DNA of 64,000 nt from a virus (IMGVR_UViG_3300025913_000024:47478-111477), one strand, 5' to 3'; positions 37,355-45,689 are shown, counted from the stretch's first letter. Notes: generated from the sequence alone by a model not told the origin. A program made the numbers and translations.

Positions 37355-37816
37355 ATGAGAAGAACCTATAGAATAGAAAAGTCTTTAGATATTGAGGAGT
37401 TCATTAGAATAACTAATGAATCGTTAACCATGAAACAAGCTGCTGTGAAACTTGGTCTTCATTTTAATAGTTTCAGAAGAATAGCAGTAAAGTATGGAGT
37501 TTATCGACCTAATCGTGGAGGCAAAGGAACCCATAAGCATAAAGAAAATGGGACTACACCTCTTACTGAAATTTTGGAAGGAAACCATCCATCATATCAA
37601 ACGTTTAGATTAAAACTTAGATTAATTTCAGAAGGAATTTTTATTCCAGAATGTTCTGAATGCAAAAATACTCAATGGAATAAAAAAGAAATTCCTTTAG
37701 AGTTAGATCACATAGATGGAAATTCTTCTAACCATCTTTTAGACAACTTACGATTGTTATGTCCAAATTGTCATGCACAAACTGAGACGTATAGAGGAAA
37801 AAACAAAAAGTTTTGA
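37355..37816 (+). CDS. free-standing HNH homing endonuclease
   Basis: C-terminal HIDGNSSNHLLDNLRLLCPNCHAQTE (HNH with CxxC). N-terminal HTH-like segment. The gene is markedly AT-rich relative to its flanks. The ORF track starts at TTG 37349; the first ATG is at 37355. Confidence 0.7.
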   Translation: MRRTYRIEKSLDIEEFIRITNESLTMKQAAVKLGLHFNSFRRIAVKYGVYRPNRGGKGTHKHKENGTTPLTEILEGNHPSYQTFRLKLRLISEGIFIPECSECKNTQWNKKEIPLELDHIDGNSSNHLLDNLRLLCPNCHAQTETYRGKNKKF

Positions 37817-37825
37817 GATATTACT
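37814..37825 (+). promoter_or_regulatory. TGAGATATTACT promoter-like motif upstream of the tRNA-like gene
   Basis: Motif variant 11 nt before the tRNA-like 5' end; overlaps the HNH stop codon. Confidence 0.4.
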
Positions 37826-37836
37826 CAAGCAAGTGA

Positions 37837-37947
37837 GCGGGAGTGGAGAAATGGTGAGACTCAGCGGACTTATGAATGCATTCTAACTAGTGCATTGAAT
37901 AAATCCGCTGCTTAAGAGGCGTGCCGGTTCGAGTCCGGTCTCCCGCA
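37837..37947 (+). tRNA. tRNA-like gene with a long variable arm and a roughly 28-nt hairpin insertion in the anticodon loop (possible intron-containing or degenerate tRNA)
   Basis: Acceptor GCGGGAG pairs with CTCCCGC followed by discriminator A. Canonical T-arm GCCGG-TTCGAGT-CCGGT. D-arm GAG/CTC with a GG-containing loop. Anticodon stem GCGGA/TCCGC is separated by 35 nt instead of 7; the first 7 nt CTTATGA would give anticodon UAU. A 14-nt variable region is present. Confidence 0.4.
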
Positions 37948-37995
37948 GAAGTTGGACCGTAGAGTTCAACGATTTCCCAAAGAGGAGGATAACCA

Positions 37996-38448
37996 ATGAG
38001 TTATCTCACTGCTACTACTCAGGACATTCAGGACGTCGCTAAGACCCTGATTTATGCCACTGACAAGACCACGTCCCGCGACATTCTGGAGAAGATGCGC
38101 GCCGACAATTACTGGATCAACCAGACCGAGGTCGCTGCTGCGCTTCGTGATCTTCTGGCCACGGATCCTTCCTACGTTCGGACCTTTCAGCCCGATGCCT
38201 CGGTTCCTACCGGTGGCTACTTCATCTACGGCCTTGCGAGCGTGATCAAGACCACGGCCTCTGCCCCTGTCTACCCTGCGAAGGTGAAGAAGGTTCAGAC
38301 TGTTGGTGACTACGAAGCTCGTGACAAGAACGATCCCAACTGGACCCTCGTTCGTTACGACAACGTCACCGAGAACCAGGCCAAGCATCTCTTCTCCGAA
38401 GAGTACGGCGTCGCCTACACTGACGTTCGCGTCAAGAAGGCTGTCTAA
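37996..38448 (+). CDS. hypothetical protein on a GC-rich island (150 aa)
   Basis: RBS AGAGGAGGA. Codon usage and GC differ strongly from the flanks. Followed by a hairpin at 38456-38476. Confidence 0.6.
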   Translation: MSYLTATTQDIQDVAKTLIYATDKTTSRDILEKMRADNYWINQTEVAAALRDLLATDPSYVRTFQPDASVPTGGYFIYGLASVIKTTASAPVYPAKVKKVQTVGDYEARDKNDPNWTLVRYDNVTENQAKHLFSEEYGVAYTDVRVKKAV

Positions 38449-38476
38449 GAAAAAAGTTTCTCTTGAAAAGAGAGGC

Positions 38477-38489
38477 TGAGATATTGTAT
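38477..38489 (+). promoter_or_regulatory. TGAGATATTGTAT promoter-like motif
   Basis: Directly after the hairpin and upstream of an ORF-less 140-nt segment ending in a terminator. Confidence 0.45.
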
Positions 38490-38656
38490 ACGTAATGACC
38501 TAGAGCTTGAGCATAGGTTAAGCCAAACGGTAAAGTAAAGGCCGCCAAATAGCAAAAGGGAGGGTTTCTATCTTCTAAAGATCTAAACCACTATATTTTG
38601 TTTTTTTAATAGATTGTTTTTCGAAAAGGGAACCTGTTGGTTCCCTTTTCCTTTTT
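38490..38656 (+). ncRNA. candidate small non-coding RNA (promoter motif, then about 135 nt with no ORF, then an intrinsic terminator)
   Basis: No ORF longer than a few codons. Terminator AAGGGAACC-TGTT-GGTTCCCTT plus TTCCTTTTT at 38626-38656. Confidence 0.3.
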
Positions 38657-38666
38657 GTGAAGAGAA

Positions 38667-38679
38667 TGAGATATTGTAG
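38667..38679 (+). promoter_or_regulatory. TGAGATATTGTAG promoter-like motif upstream of the PARP-like gene
   Basis: Exact consensus, 27 nt before ATG 38707. Confidence 0.5.
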
Positions 38680-38706
38680 ACAACTTATAGTTCATGGAGA
38701 CTACAG

Positions 38707-39917
38707 ATGGCCCGTATTGAAAAGCTGATCATGGTGACCGGTGAAGAGAATCACAACAAGGTCTATGAGCTGATCGACAACGAGAACGGTACTTGTACCG
38801 CCAAGTGGGGTCGGGTTGGCGCTGCTCTTCAGGAGTGCAACTACCCCATCAGCGAGTTTGAAAAGAAGCTCAAGGAAAAGGTCAAGAAGGGCTATCGCGT
38901 GATCACCGATCTTCTGTCTGTCGAGAAAAGTGATGGTAAGACCACCACTACGGACGACGAAGAGGTAAAGATCCAGAACATGTCCCGTGAGGCCATGGAG
39001 TTGATCAACTTCCTCCAGAGTTGTGCTAAGGCATCGTCAAGCAGAACTACACCGTCAAAGTTGCCGACGTTACTCAGAAGCAGATCGACGCTGCTCAGGC
39101 CATCCTGGACGGACTGGTTGCTCTGTCCAACCAGAACTGGTCTCGTGAAGAGGCCAACAAGATCCTTTTGGATCTTTACAACACCATCCCCCGGAAGATG
39201 AGCAACACCAAGAACTTCCTCATCCAGATCGACAACATCACGAAGAAGCGCCTTCAGGAGTTGATCTCCAGTGAAGCCGATCTTCTTGACGTTATGCGCG
39301 GTCAGGTTCAGACCACGAACGTTGCTCCCAAGTCTTCCACTGGCGAAGTCAAGTTGGATATTGAGATTCGTCTCGCTACTCCCGATGAGATCGATGAGAT
39401 CTCCAAGAAGACTGACTTTGATGTTCGTAGTGCTGCAAGGATCTATCGGGTGGAGAACACCAAGACCAAGAATCGCTACGAAAGTATCAACAAGCAGAAT
39501 GAACAGCTTCTCTACCACGGTTCTCGCAGCCAGAACTGGTGGTCGATCATCAACGGCGGTTTGAAGATTCGTCCGACCAACGCCGTTCACACTGGCTCGA
39601 TGTTCTCCGATGGTATCTACGCTGCTGACAAAGCTCAGAAGTCTCTCGGTTACACCGACGGTGGTTATTGGACTGGTAGCAGTGGTTCCTCGAAGAGGTT
39701 CCTCGGCATCTACAGTTTCAACCTCGGTCGTCAGTGGGATCTGTTCGCTGGTGGTCAGCGTCATGCCAGCTGGATGATGCAGCTCAACCTGAAGAAGATC
39801 AACGACAAGGGTTTTGACTCTCTGTTCGCTAAGGGTGGAGCAGATCTTCGCAACAATGAGATGATCGTGTTCGAAGAGGCTCGCTGCACCATCAAGTATC
39901 TGATCGAGATGCGTTAA
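38707..39917 (+). pseudogene. PARP-like ADP-ribosyltransferase (WGR domain, helical region, H-Y-E catalytic domain), split by a -1 frame change near 39027-39032
   Basis: N-terminal WGR motif TAKWGRVGA. C-terminal LLYHGSRSQNWWSIINGGLKIRP ... GSMFSDGIYAADKAQKS ... NEMIVFEEARCTIKYLIE parallels PARP1 [23 protein letters not shown] ... GYMFGKGIYFADMVSKS ... NEYIVYDIAQVNLKYLLK. Frame 1 turns into Ser/Thr/Arg-rich nonsense after ...FLQSCAK. Frame 0 is open from 39030 and reads as sensible protein. A single continuous 403-codon gene needs a 1-nt change. Confidence 0.75.
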
Positions 39918-39919
39918 CC

Positions 39920-40156
39920 ATGTCAAAGTTTGAGATCTCCATCGAAGCTGGTCTCCTTATGAAAGGTCAGGTTAGACGTCTCCTTGAAAAAACCAAGAGA
40001 GATCTTCTTTGGAACAATCCTCAAGCTTACGTTGAGATCTACGAAGAATCATACTTTCTTGAATCTGAATTTACCTTCAGGGTCAAGAACATCAACGAAG
40101 TCGAACGTCTTGCTCTTCTGAAGTATTTTCAGAAGATCGACCAGGAGACCTTATGA
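39920..40156 (+). CDS. hypothetical protein (78 aa)
   Basis: ORF immediately after PARP-like; GC drops back to background. Confidence 0.45.
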   Translation: MSKFEISIEAGLLMKGQVRRLLEKTKRDLLWNNPQAYVEIYEESYFLESEFTFRVKNINEVERLALLKYFQKIDQETL

Positions 40157-40299
40157 GAACTTCTTGGCAAAGAGGCTACGATGCCTATTGGGACTATCCT
40201 GAGATGGTTCCTGATTTGAGCTCTCCTAGAGAGTTCAGAATGGGCTGGTGGGCAGCCTACGACGATGATCATGATTGGGGAGTTTGGTATGCCTACTGA
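40153..40299 (+). CDS. hypothetical Trp-rich small protein (48 aa, below ORF-track cutoff)
   Basis: ATGA overlap with the upstream gene. Confidence 0.3.
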   Translation: MRTSWQRGYDAYWDYPEMVPDLSSPREFRMGWWAAYDDDHDWGVWYAY

Positions 40300-40564
40300 A
40301 AAGATCTCTCATTTCCTTGTCTTCCACCAAGAAGACGAACACTTCGGTATCTATGGAGTGTTTAACTCCATGGAAGACATCTTCGTCTCCATCAACAAAG
40401 AATCTCCGATGACCAAAGTTCGTTTGATCCACATGGGCCGAATCCATGAGATGGACGGTACCGAGATCGTTGATGAGATCTACATCGACGAGGTGAAAGA
40501 GTTCATCGATGTTGGTCTTGAAGAACTCACCATTGCTCAAGAGAATGGGATGGAGGAGATCTGA
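40265..40564 (+). CDS. hypothetical acidic protein (99 aa)
   Basis: ORF in a co-oriented block. Confidence 0.45.
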   Translation: MIMIGEFGMPTEKISHFLVFHQEDEHFGIYGVFNSMEDIFVSINKESPMTKVRLIHMGRIHEMDGTEIVDEIYIDEVKEFIDVGLEELTIAQENGMEEI

Positions 40565-40785
40565 TGATCAAGATTGAGATTGAAGGTTACGAACCTGACT
40601 CGGTTGAGTTCCTTCGTAAGGAACATGGTCTCTACCATCATCTGAGAGATCTTTTCAACAAAGGTGAGCTCACCATTTGGGAGATGAACACGGTCGACAA
40701 GATCATGAATGGTCATCTCAGAGACATCAAGAGAGGCCTCATTGAAAGAGGTCTCATGACCGAAAAAGAAGTAGAAAAGGTTTAA
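40564..40785 (+). CDS. hypothetical protein (73 aa)
   Basis: ATGA overlap. Confidence 0.45.
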   Translation: MIKIEIEGYEPDSVEFLRKEHGLYHHLRDLFNKGELTIWEMNTVDKIMNGHLRDIKRGLIERGLMTEKEVEKV

Positions 40786-40787
40786 CC

Positions 40788-41027
40788 ATGCCTCTTGTTT
40801 TTGTTTACGTTCCGATCTTTCCTCATCCAATGTATCGAAGTGGAGGTGGAGGCGATCCTAGGATCGTATTTGTTTGCCTTGGAGCTATTCTTCTTTCTGT
40901 TGTACTTTGTCTTTTGGCCAAATGGGCCTTTGACACGTACGAAAAAATGAAAGACAACAGAAAGTTCCGAAGGTTCTCTCCTCCTAAAAGGAACAACAAG
41001 AGAGTTCCTAGAAAGTGGTTGAGTTAA
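40788..41027 (+). CDS. small membrane protein (79 aa)
   Basis: TM segment VFVCLGAILLSVVLCLLA. Confidence 0.45.
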   Translation: MPLVFVYVPIFPHPMYRSGGGGDPRIVFVCLGAILLSVVLCLLAKWAFDTYEKMKDNRKFRRFSPPKRNNKRVPRKWLS

Positions 41028-41039
41028 GGAAGTTTTGAA

Positions 41040-41372
41040 ATGAGTCTTTTTCTTTCAGACAGTCGATCATCTTTTGATGAAAATTCTCCTGTCCAAGCCA
41101 ACACCTACTCTCCCCGCCTTGGAAAGAAACTTAGCGGAAAGGTTCATGTTGGAAACCTGGAGATTGACAACAGCGATTTTTGCGAGTTGGTCCTTTACTT
41201 TTTGACCAACACAGACCTTGATCCTGAACATGATTCCAGAGAGTCTCTTTTGAAGACTCTCAAAGAGTTGAATATCACGGAACACGGCTACAATCAGGGC
41301 TATCGAAGGATCATCTGGAACCCAACCAACGATCCTAACGCCGGTAAATGGGTCGACAACGAGAACCAGTAG
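41040..41372 (+). CDS. hypothetical protein (110 aa)
   Basis: ORF in a co-oriented block. Confidence 0.45.
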   Translation: MSLFLSDSRSSFDENSPVQANTYSPRLGKKLSGKVHVGNLEIDNSDFCELVLYFLTNTDLDPEHDSRESLLKTLKELNITEHGYNQGYRRIIWNPTNDPNAGKWVDNENQ

Positions 41373-41378
41373 TATACT

Positions 41379-41951
41379 ATGACCATGGAATTTTACGAAG
41401 CAAACTACCAAATCCAGATGGACCCAGTGTTCCTAGAGAACATCAAATGGGGAAAGCCCAGGTCTGGTCACGATGAAGGAACCATTCACGCTCACATCGA
41501 CGAACTTTGTCGAAACCTTGAGAAAGTAGAGAAGATCTCTGATCTGGAGAAGAACAAGCTTCTCTTCATGATCCTTGTTCACGACACTTTTAAGAAGGAT
41601 GCCACTCCGGACTCTGCGATTGAGGATCCTAACTCTCATGCCTCTTTGGCTGTCCAGTACGCCAAGAAGTTCACAGATGACAAGGATGTTTTGACGATCC
41701 TTCAGTACCACGATCTGAACTTCTCTTTGTCCAAGTCTTTCCAGAAGACAGGCTCCTACAACGTAGGAAGGCTCTACAACCTTATTGGAAAGTTAACAGA
41801 TGATGGAGTCAAGCTTCTTATCATCTTCACCTACATTGATGGGTGGACCAAAGGTAAGGACCATAGCAAACTTCCTTGGTTCAAGGATGAGATCCTGAAC
41901 AAGAGGGCCATTCACTGGTCAGAACAATGGATCGAACAATTTAAGGACTAA
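41379..41951 (+). CDS. possible HD-domain phosphohydrolase (190 aa)
   Basis: GHDEGTIHAHIDEL ... ILVHDTFKKD suggests an H...HD...D metal-binding pattern; weak. Confidence 0.35.
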   Translation: MTMEFYEANYQIQMDPVFLENIKWGKPRSGHDEGTIHAHIDELCRNLEKVEKISDLEKNKLLFMILVHDTFKKDATPDSAIEDPNSHASLAVQYAKKFTDDKDVLTILQYHDLNFSLSKSFQKTGSYNVGRLYNLIGKLTDDGVKLLIIFTYIDGWTKGKDHSKLPWFKDEILNKRAIHWSEQWIEQFKD

Positions 41952-41953
41952 CA

Positions 41954-42445
41954 ATGAAAACTGTAGCAGAATATACGAAGATTCGATTTAAGAACCCAAT
42001 GGTTCCAGCATACGGAGACGTCATCTCTGTAGTCTTGTCAGATGCTAAGAACATCGCCATCGCTGACGGTAAACGAGAGGTCAGCAACAACGATCTTCTT
42101 GTTGCTGCTAGGAAGTATCTCATTGATCTCTATGAGACTTGCCTCTCTATCTCTGTTGCCACTGGTCATCACGGAGCTCTTGGTCCTTCTGTTCCTGATG
42201 AACTAAAGTCCAAGATCGCAGTTGCCTATCATGTGTTCTTTCCTGACGTGAAGACGCCTGACGAGACCAACAAACTTGTGGAGTCTTACATGGCCTCCAA
42301 TGGTCTCTCTTATGAGATCAAGAATCTCAACCAGATCAAGAACGCTTTTGCTCTTGATGAAACCCTAGACTGGGTGGCCTTTAGACTTTGGACTAGCGCT
42401 AACCTCGCTATCCCTGAAAAGAAAGACAAAAAGAAAAAGGAATAA
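41954..42445 (+). CDS. hypothetical protein (163 aa)
   Basis: ORF in a co-oriented block. Confidence 0.5.
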   Translation: MKTVAEYTKIRFKNPMVPAYGDVISVVLSDAKNIAIADGKREVSNNDLLVAARKYLIDLYETCLSISVATGHHGALGPSVPDELKSKIAVAYHVFFPDVKTPDETNKLVESYMASNGLSYEIKNLNQIKNAFALDETLDWVAFRLWTSANLAIPEKKDKKKKE

Positions 42446-42448
42446 AGT

Positions 42449-42685
42449 ATGGAAGTTAAGATCAAGCTCCTAGACGGTACAGACGTTACCTACGCTATCC
42501 CCGACGAAGGAAAGGGAACCCCAAATTGTCAAGGTATCTGTGTGATCCTCACACCTGATGACAAGAAGAACATTGAGGCCATGCCTGCCGAATCAAGGAA
42601 GTATCTTCTGTTTGACAATGAGAAGATGACCGAAGATGAAGCAAGAACTTTCATCGGTTCTGCCGGCTTCACAGAACTCGTATGA
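42449..42685 (+). CDS. hypothetical protein (78 aa)
   Basis: RBS AAGGAATAAAG. Confidence 0.45.
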   Translation: MEVKIKLLDGTDVTYAIPDEGKGTPNCQGICVILTPDDKKNIEAMPAESRKYLLFDNEKMTEDEARTFIGSAGFTELV

Positions 42686-42855
42686 CACATCTTGTCTGCC
42701 CAGCATGTGAAGCACTAGTAGAAGAAAAAGATTGGATTAAGGTTGAGATCAAAAATGCTCAGTATGAAAATTATAGTGACGTAGGTCCTATAGTTGCATG
42801 TCCAATCTGTGGGAGTATCAAACTAAAGTTCCTCCCAGATAGGAAACAGAAATGA
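42682..42855 (+). CDS. small zinc-ribbon protein (57 aa, below ORF-track cutoff)
   Basis: CPAC ... CPIC; ATGA overlaps on both sides. Confidence 0.35.
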   Translation: MTHLVCPACEALVEEKDWIKVEIKNAQYENYSDVGPIVACPICGSIKLKFLPDRKQK

Positions 42856-43781
42856 GTGACGCAGTAGAAAAGAAAGAACCCACGTATGATGAGATCGTCA
42901 AAAGCGCTAAAGAGTACTTTGAAGAACTCAAAGCCAAGATCAAGGTCTCTAACGATGAGCTTCTTGACCAGATCTCCACAAACTCAGCTCAGCTCTTTGC
43001 TCAGCTAGAGAGAACTGGACAGATTCAGGCCATGAAGAAACTTGTGGCTCACATTGCCTTGATTGAAAAGGAACACGAGATCATCAAGTCTGGGATCAAC
43101 ACCTTTGTGACCACAGATGAGATCAAAGAGTTCATTGACAAGGTTGATGGACGTGTGGTGAATCTCATTGAGCTGCATAAGTATGAGCGTGAGGTTCCTG
43201 AGAACGTGATCCAGAAGTACGAGAAGGTCAAACATCTTTTCACCACCTTCTTCGTTCTTTTCACTGACTACACAAAAGAACACGCCAAAAAGATCGCCAA
43301 GGAAAGAGATCCTATTCTCTTTGGTATGCTTCAAGACGCTGGAACCAAGGCCACGACTCAGCGTATGTATGTGATCGGTGACTGGGAAGATGAGTATTGT
43401 GATCTTACTTTGGACCGACTTGTGTCCGAAGCCGCTGGTCTCTTTGACAGACCGATCGCTATTCAGTTCAGAGATCCTTTGTCCCTTGACGAGATGAGAG
43501 CTAAGCTCAAGATGTTGGATGGAGAGTCCAAATCTGATAACTCTAGATGGGCAATGAACAATGTCGTGGTTACCGGAACCACTGCTTCCATGCAAAACAT
43601 CTACGTTCCTGTAGTTCCATCAGAACAGGATTTTAAAGATAAGAGCATTCCTGATGAAGTTCAAGAAGTCGCAAAAGACGTTGTTGAAGAGGAAGAAACT
43701 CGAAGTCTTCTCACTAAAGATTCTGAGATTGACACCATGATTCTCCAAGAGACCAAGAAGCCTTGGTGGAAGTTCTGGTAA
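42852..43781 (+). CDS. hypothetical protein (309 aa)
   Basis: Long ORF with no recognised motif. Confidence 0.55.
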   Translation: MSDAVEKKEPTYDEIVKSAKEYFEELKAKIKVSNDELLDQISTNSAQLFAQLERTGQIQAMKKLVAHIALIEKEHEIIKSGINTFVTTDEIKEFIDKVDGRVVNLIELHKYEREVPENVIQKYEKVKHLFTTFFVLFTDYTKEHAKKIAKERDPILFGMLQDAGTKATTQRMYVIGDWEDEYCDLTLDRLVSEAAGLFDRPIAIQFRDPLSLDEMRAKLKMLDGESKSDNSRWAMNNVVVTGTTASMQNIYVPVVPSEQDFKDKSIPDEVQEVAKDVVEEEETRSLLTKDSEIDTMILQETKKPWWKFW

Positions 43782-43784
43782 ACT

Positions 43785-44201
43785 ATGCTCTCAGACGTAG
43801 ACCTGACCAGAGATAGAATCTTAGGTCAAGAACCTACATCAGCAAAGGACAACTTCATACAGATCTTAGAAGGGCCTTCTAGACATAGACTTTCAATTGG
43901 AAGAAAACATGCCTCAGTCCTTTTTTACGATCTTATTGGAGAAGAGCTCCCTAAAGAACAAGATCACTTTAGAACTGATGAAAAGTTTGGGGATTGGTGG
44001 CAAGGTGGAACTTACAAAGACATCTTGAAAAGACGCGTTGATCCGTTCCATGAACAGAAAGACGATAGTTGTTACCGATGTGGAACCACGTTACTCCTAT
44101 GGGAGAAACACTCAGAACTTTGTCCAGAGTGTGAACGGACCATGTCCATTCAACCCAGAAGTTCTGATGAGACTATTGAAGGGATCTTAGGTTTAAGATA
44201 A
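43785..44201 (+). CDS. zinc-ribbon protein (138 aa)
   Basis: CYRCG ... CPEC. Confidence 0.45.
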   Translation: MLSDVDLTRDRILGQEPTSAKDNFIQILEGPSRHRLSIGRKHASVLFYDLIGEELPKEQDHFRTDEKFGDWWQGGTYKDILKRRVDPFHEQKDDSCYRCGTTLLLWEKHSELCPECERTMSIQPRSSDETIEGILGLR

Positions 44202-44211
44202 GGAGAAGACT

Positions 44212-44424
44212 ATGTTCTTCAAGATACTTTGTGCAGTGTTTCTTAACATTGCTCTAGGAATTGCTTTCTATGGCGTGGCTGTTCCGTATGCAGTCAATGA
44301 GCTTCCAGGAGGCTCTGGTTTCATCTTGGTCGGAGTAGGAATCATCCTACAGCTCTGGATCAACTGGACCATTTTCAAGAAGCCTCTCAAGGCTCTTGGT
44401 GAAAAGATTAAGGAGGACTTCTAA
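44212..44424 (+). CDS. small membrane protein (70 aa, 2 TM)
   Basis: RBS AAGGAGAAG; hydrophobic. Confidence 0.5.
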   Translation: MFFKILCAVFLNIALGIAFYGVAVPYAVNELPGGSGFILVGVGIILQLWINWTIFKKPLKALGEKIKEDF

Positions 44425-44427
44425 AAT

Positions 44428-45291
44428 ATGAGAAGTTTCAAGTTCATTTCGTTGCTGGCAGTTGTTCTGTTGGCACTGGCAAGCTGTTCTCAGCTCCAGG
44501 TTAAGGCAGGTCACGTTGGTATCATCGTTGACCAGTACGGATCTGGTTCTGGTGTTGAACAGCAGGTCGTAGGTGTAGGTTATCACAGTCTTGGCTGGAA
44601 TCAGCAAGGATATGACTACCCGATCTATAAGATCCAGTACCAGTTCAAGAACAATGGCAAAGAAGGAGTGGATGAATCGATCCCCTTCCAATCTAAGGAA
44701 GGTGTGAAGTGCTCGGCTGATGTGGCCATTCAGGTCCAGGTCGAGAACGATAACAAGTCGATCATCAACTTGTTCACCAGTTACCGAGAGGACATCGAGA
44801 CCGTCGTCCATACCCAGGTTCATAATCGACTTCGTGACTACATGGGTCTCTACGCATCCAAGATGACCGTAGATGATCTGTATGGAAACAAGCGCTTTGA
44901 CATGTTGATTGATGTTACCAAGGCCCTAGCGGACGAGTTCTCCAAGCAAGGTCTGATCATTGACAACCTTAGCTTCTTGGGTGTTGTTGAGTTCCCTGAG
45001 ACTATCAAGTCTGCCATTGATGCAAAGATGGCTGCTACTCAAAAGGCTCAGCAGAGAGACAACGAGATCGCGACTGCTCAGGCAAGTGCTGCTATCCAGG
45101 TCACCCAGGCTAAAGGTGAGGCCGATTCTAACCGAATCTTGGCTGCTTCGATCAGTCCTGAGATCCTGAAGCTCAAGGAGCTCCAGAACCAAGAGAAGTT
45201 CATCGAGGCTCTTTCCACAGGAAAGGCTACGATGCCTACCACGTATGTGGCAGGTGGTTCTAACTCCCAGACCTTCATTCCTTTGAAGTAA
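44428..45291 (+). CDS. SPFH/band-7 (prohibitin/HflK-like) domain lipoprotein
   Basis: Lipobox LALASC. SPFH-like core followed by an Ala/Gln-rich coiled segment (EIATAQASAAIQVTQAKGEADSNRILAAS). Confidence 0.6.
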   Translation: MRSFKFISLLAVVLLALASCSQLQVKAGHVGIIVDQYGSGSGVEQQVVGVGYHSLGWNQQGYDYPIYKIQYQFKNNGKEGVDESIPFQSKEGVKCSADVAIQVQVENDNKSIINLFTSYREDIETVVHTQVHNRLRDYMGLYASKMTVDDLYGNKRFDMLIDVTKALADEFSKQGLIIDNLSFLGVVEFPETIKSAIDAKMAATQKAQQRDNEIATAQASAAIQVTQAKGEADSNRILAASISPEILKLKELQNQEKFIEALSTGKATMPTTYVAGGSNSQTFIPLK

Positions 45292-45310
45292 GTCATTTGA
45301 TTTACTGATC

Positions 45311-45336
45311 AAGGCCCTCGTAAGAGGGCCTTTTTA
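45311..45336 (+). terminator. rho-independent terminator (GTAA loop)
   Basis: GGCCCTC-GTAA-GAGGGCC followed by T5. Confidence 0.85.
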
Positions 45337-45350
45337 TTTACTAATTGATC

Positions 45351-45689
45351 ATGCCATTCAAGAAATCTTTAGACGTTCCTATCATCATTCGAAGAGCAAC
45401 CTCGCTTTATCATCAGATCTCTGAGAAATTTCCAAATGAGTCCGGAGTCTACAGCACAGCCTTCTTTCAATATGGTCTTCAAGTAGATGTGATGTTTGAG
45501 CCAGCTGAAGGTAAAGACTCTCCTGCAATTGAAGCTTGGGGAATTTATACTGTAAAGAGAAAGAATGGAAAAGGTTACACGTCTGGGACCTTCCCCATCT
45601 TCTATCCTGAAGCTTACAAGCTAGGTATAGTTCCAAGAGACGAGGCAGTAAATGTCCATGAACAGCTCCCTGTGGGAGCACACAGCTAA
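45351..45689 (+). CDS. hypothetical protein (112 aa)
   Basis: First ATG; the ORF track starts at TTG 45345. Confidence 0.45.
   Translation: MPFKKSLDVPIIIRRATSLYHQISEKFPNESGVYSTAFFQYGLQVDVMFEPAEGKDSPAIEAWGIYTVKRKNGKGYTSGTFPIFYPEAYKLGIVPRDEAVNVHEQLPVGAHS

Noticed and set aside
37869-37903. Group I self-splicing intron in the tRNA-like gene
   Set aside because: The insertion is only about 28 nt, far too small for a group I core. If real it is a mini-intron, a scar or structural degeneration.
39020-39040. Programmed -1 ribosomal frameshift in the PARP-like gene
   Set aside because: There is no canonical X XXY YYZ slippery heptamer or downstream pseudoknot at the junction (GCTAAGGCATCG). An indel or pseudogene is the more parsimonious explanation, but this was left open in the findings.
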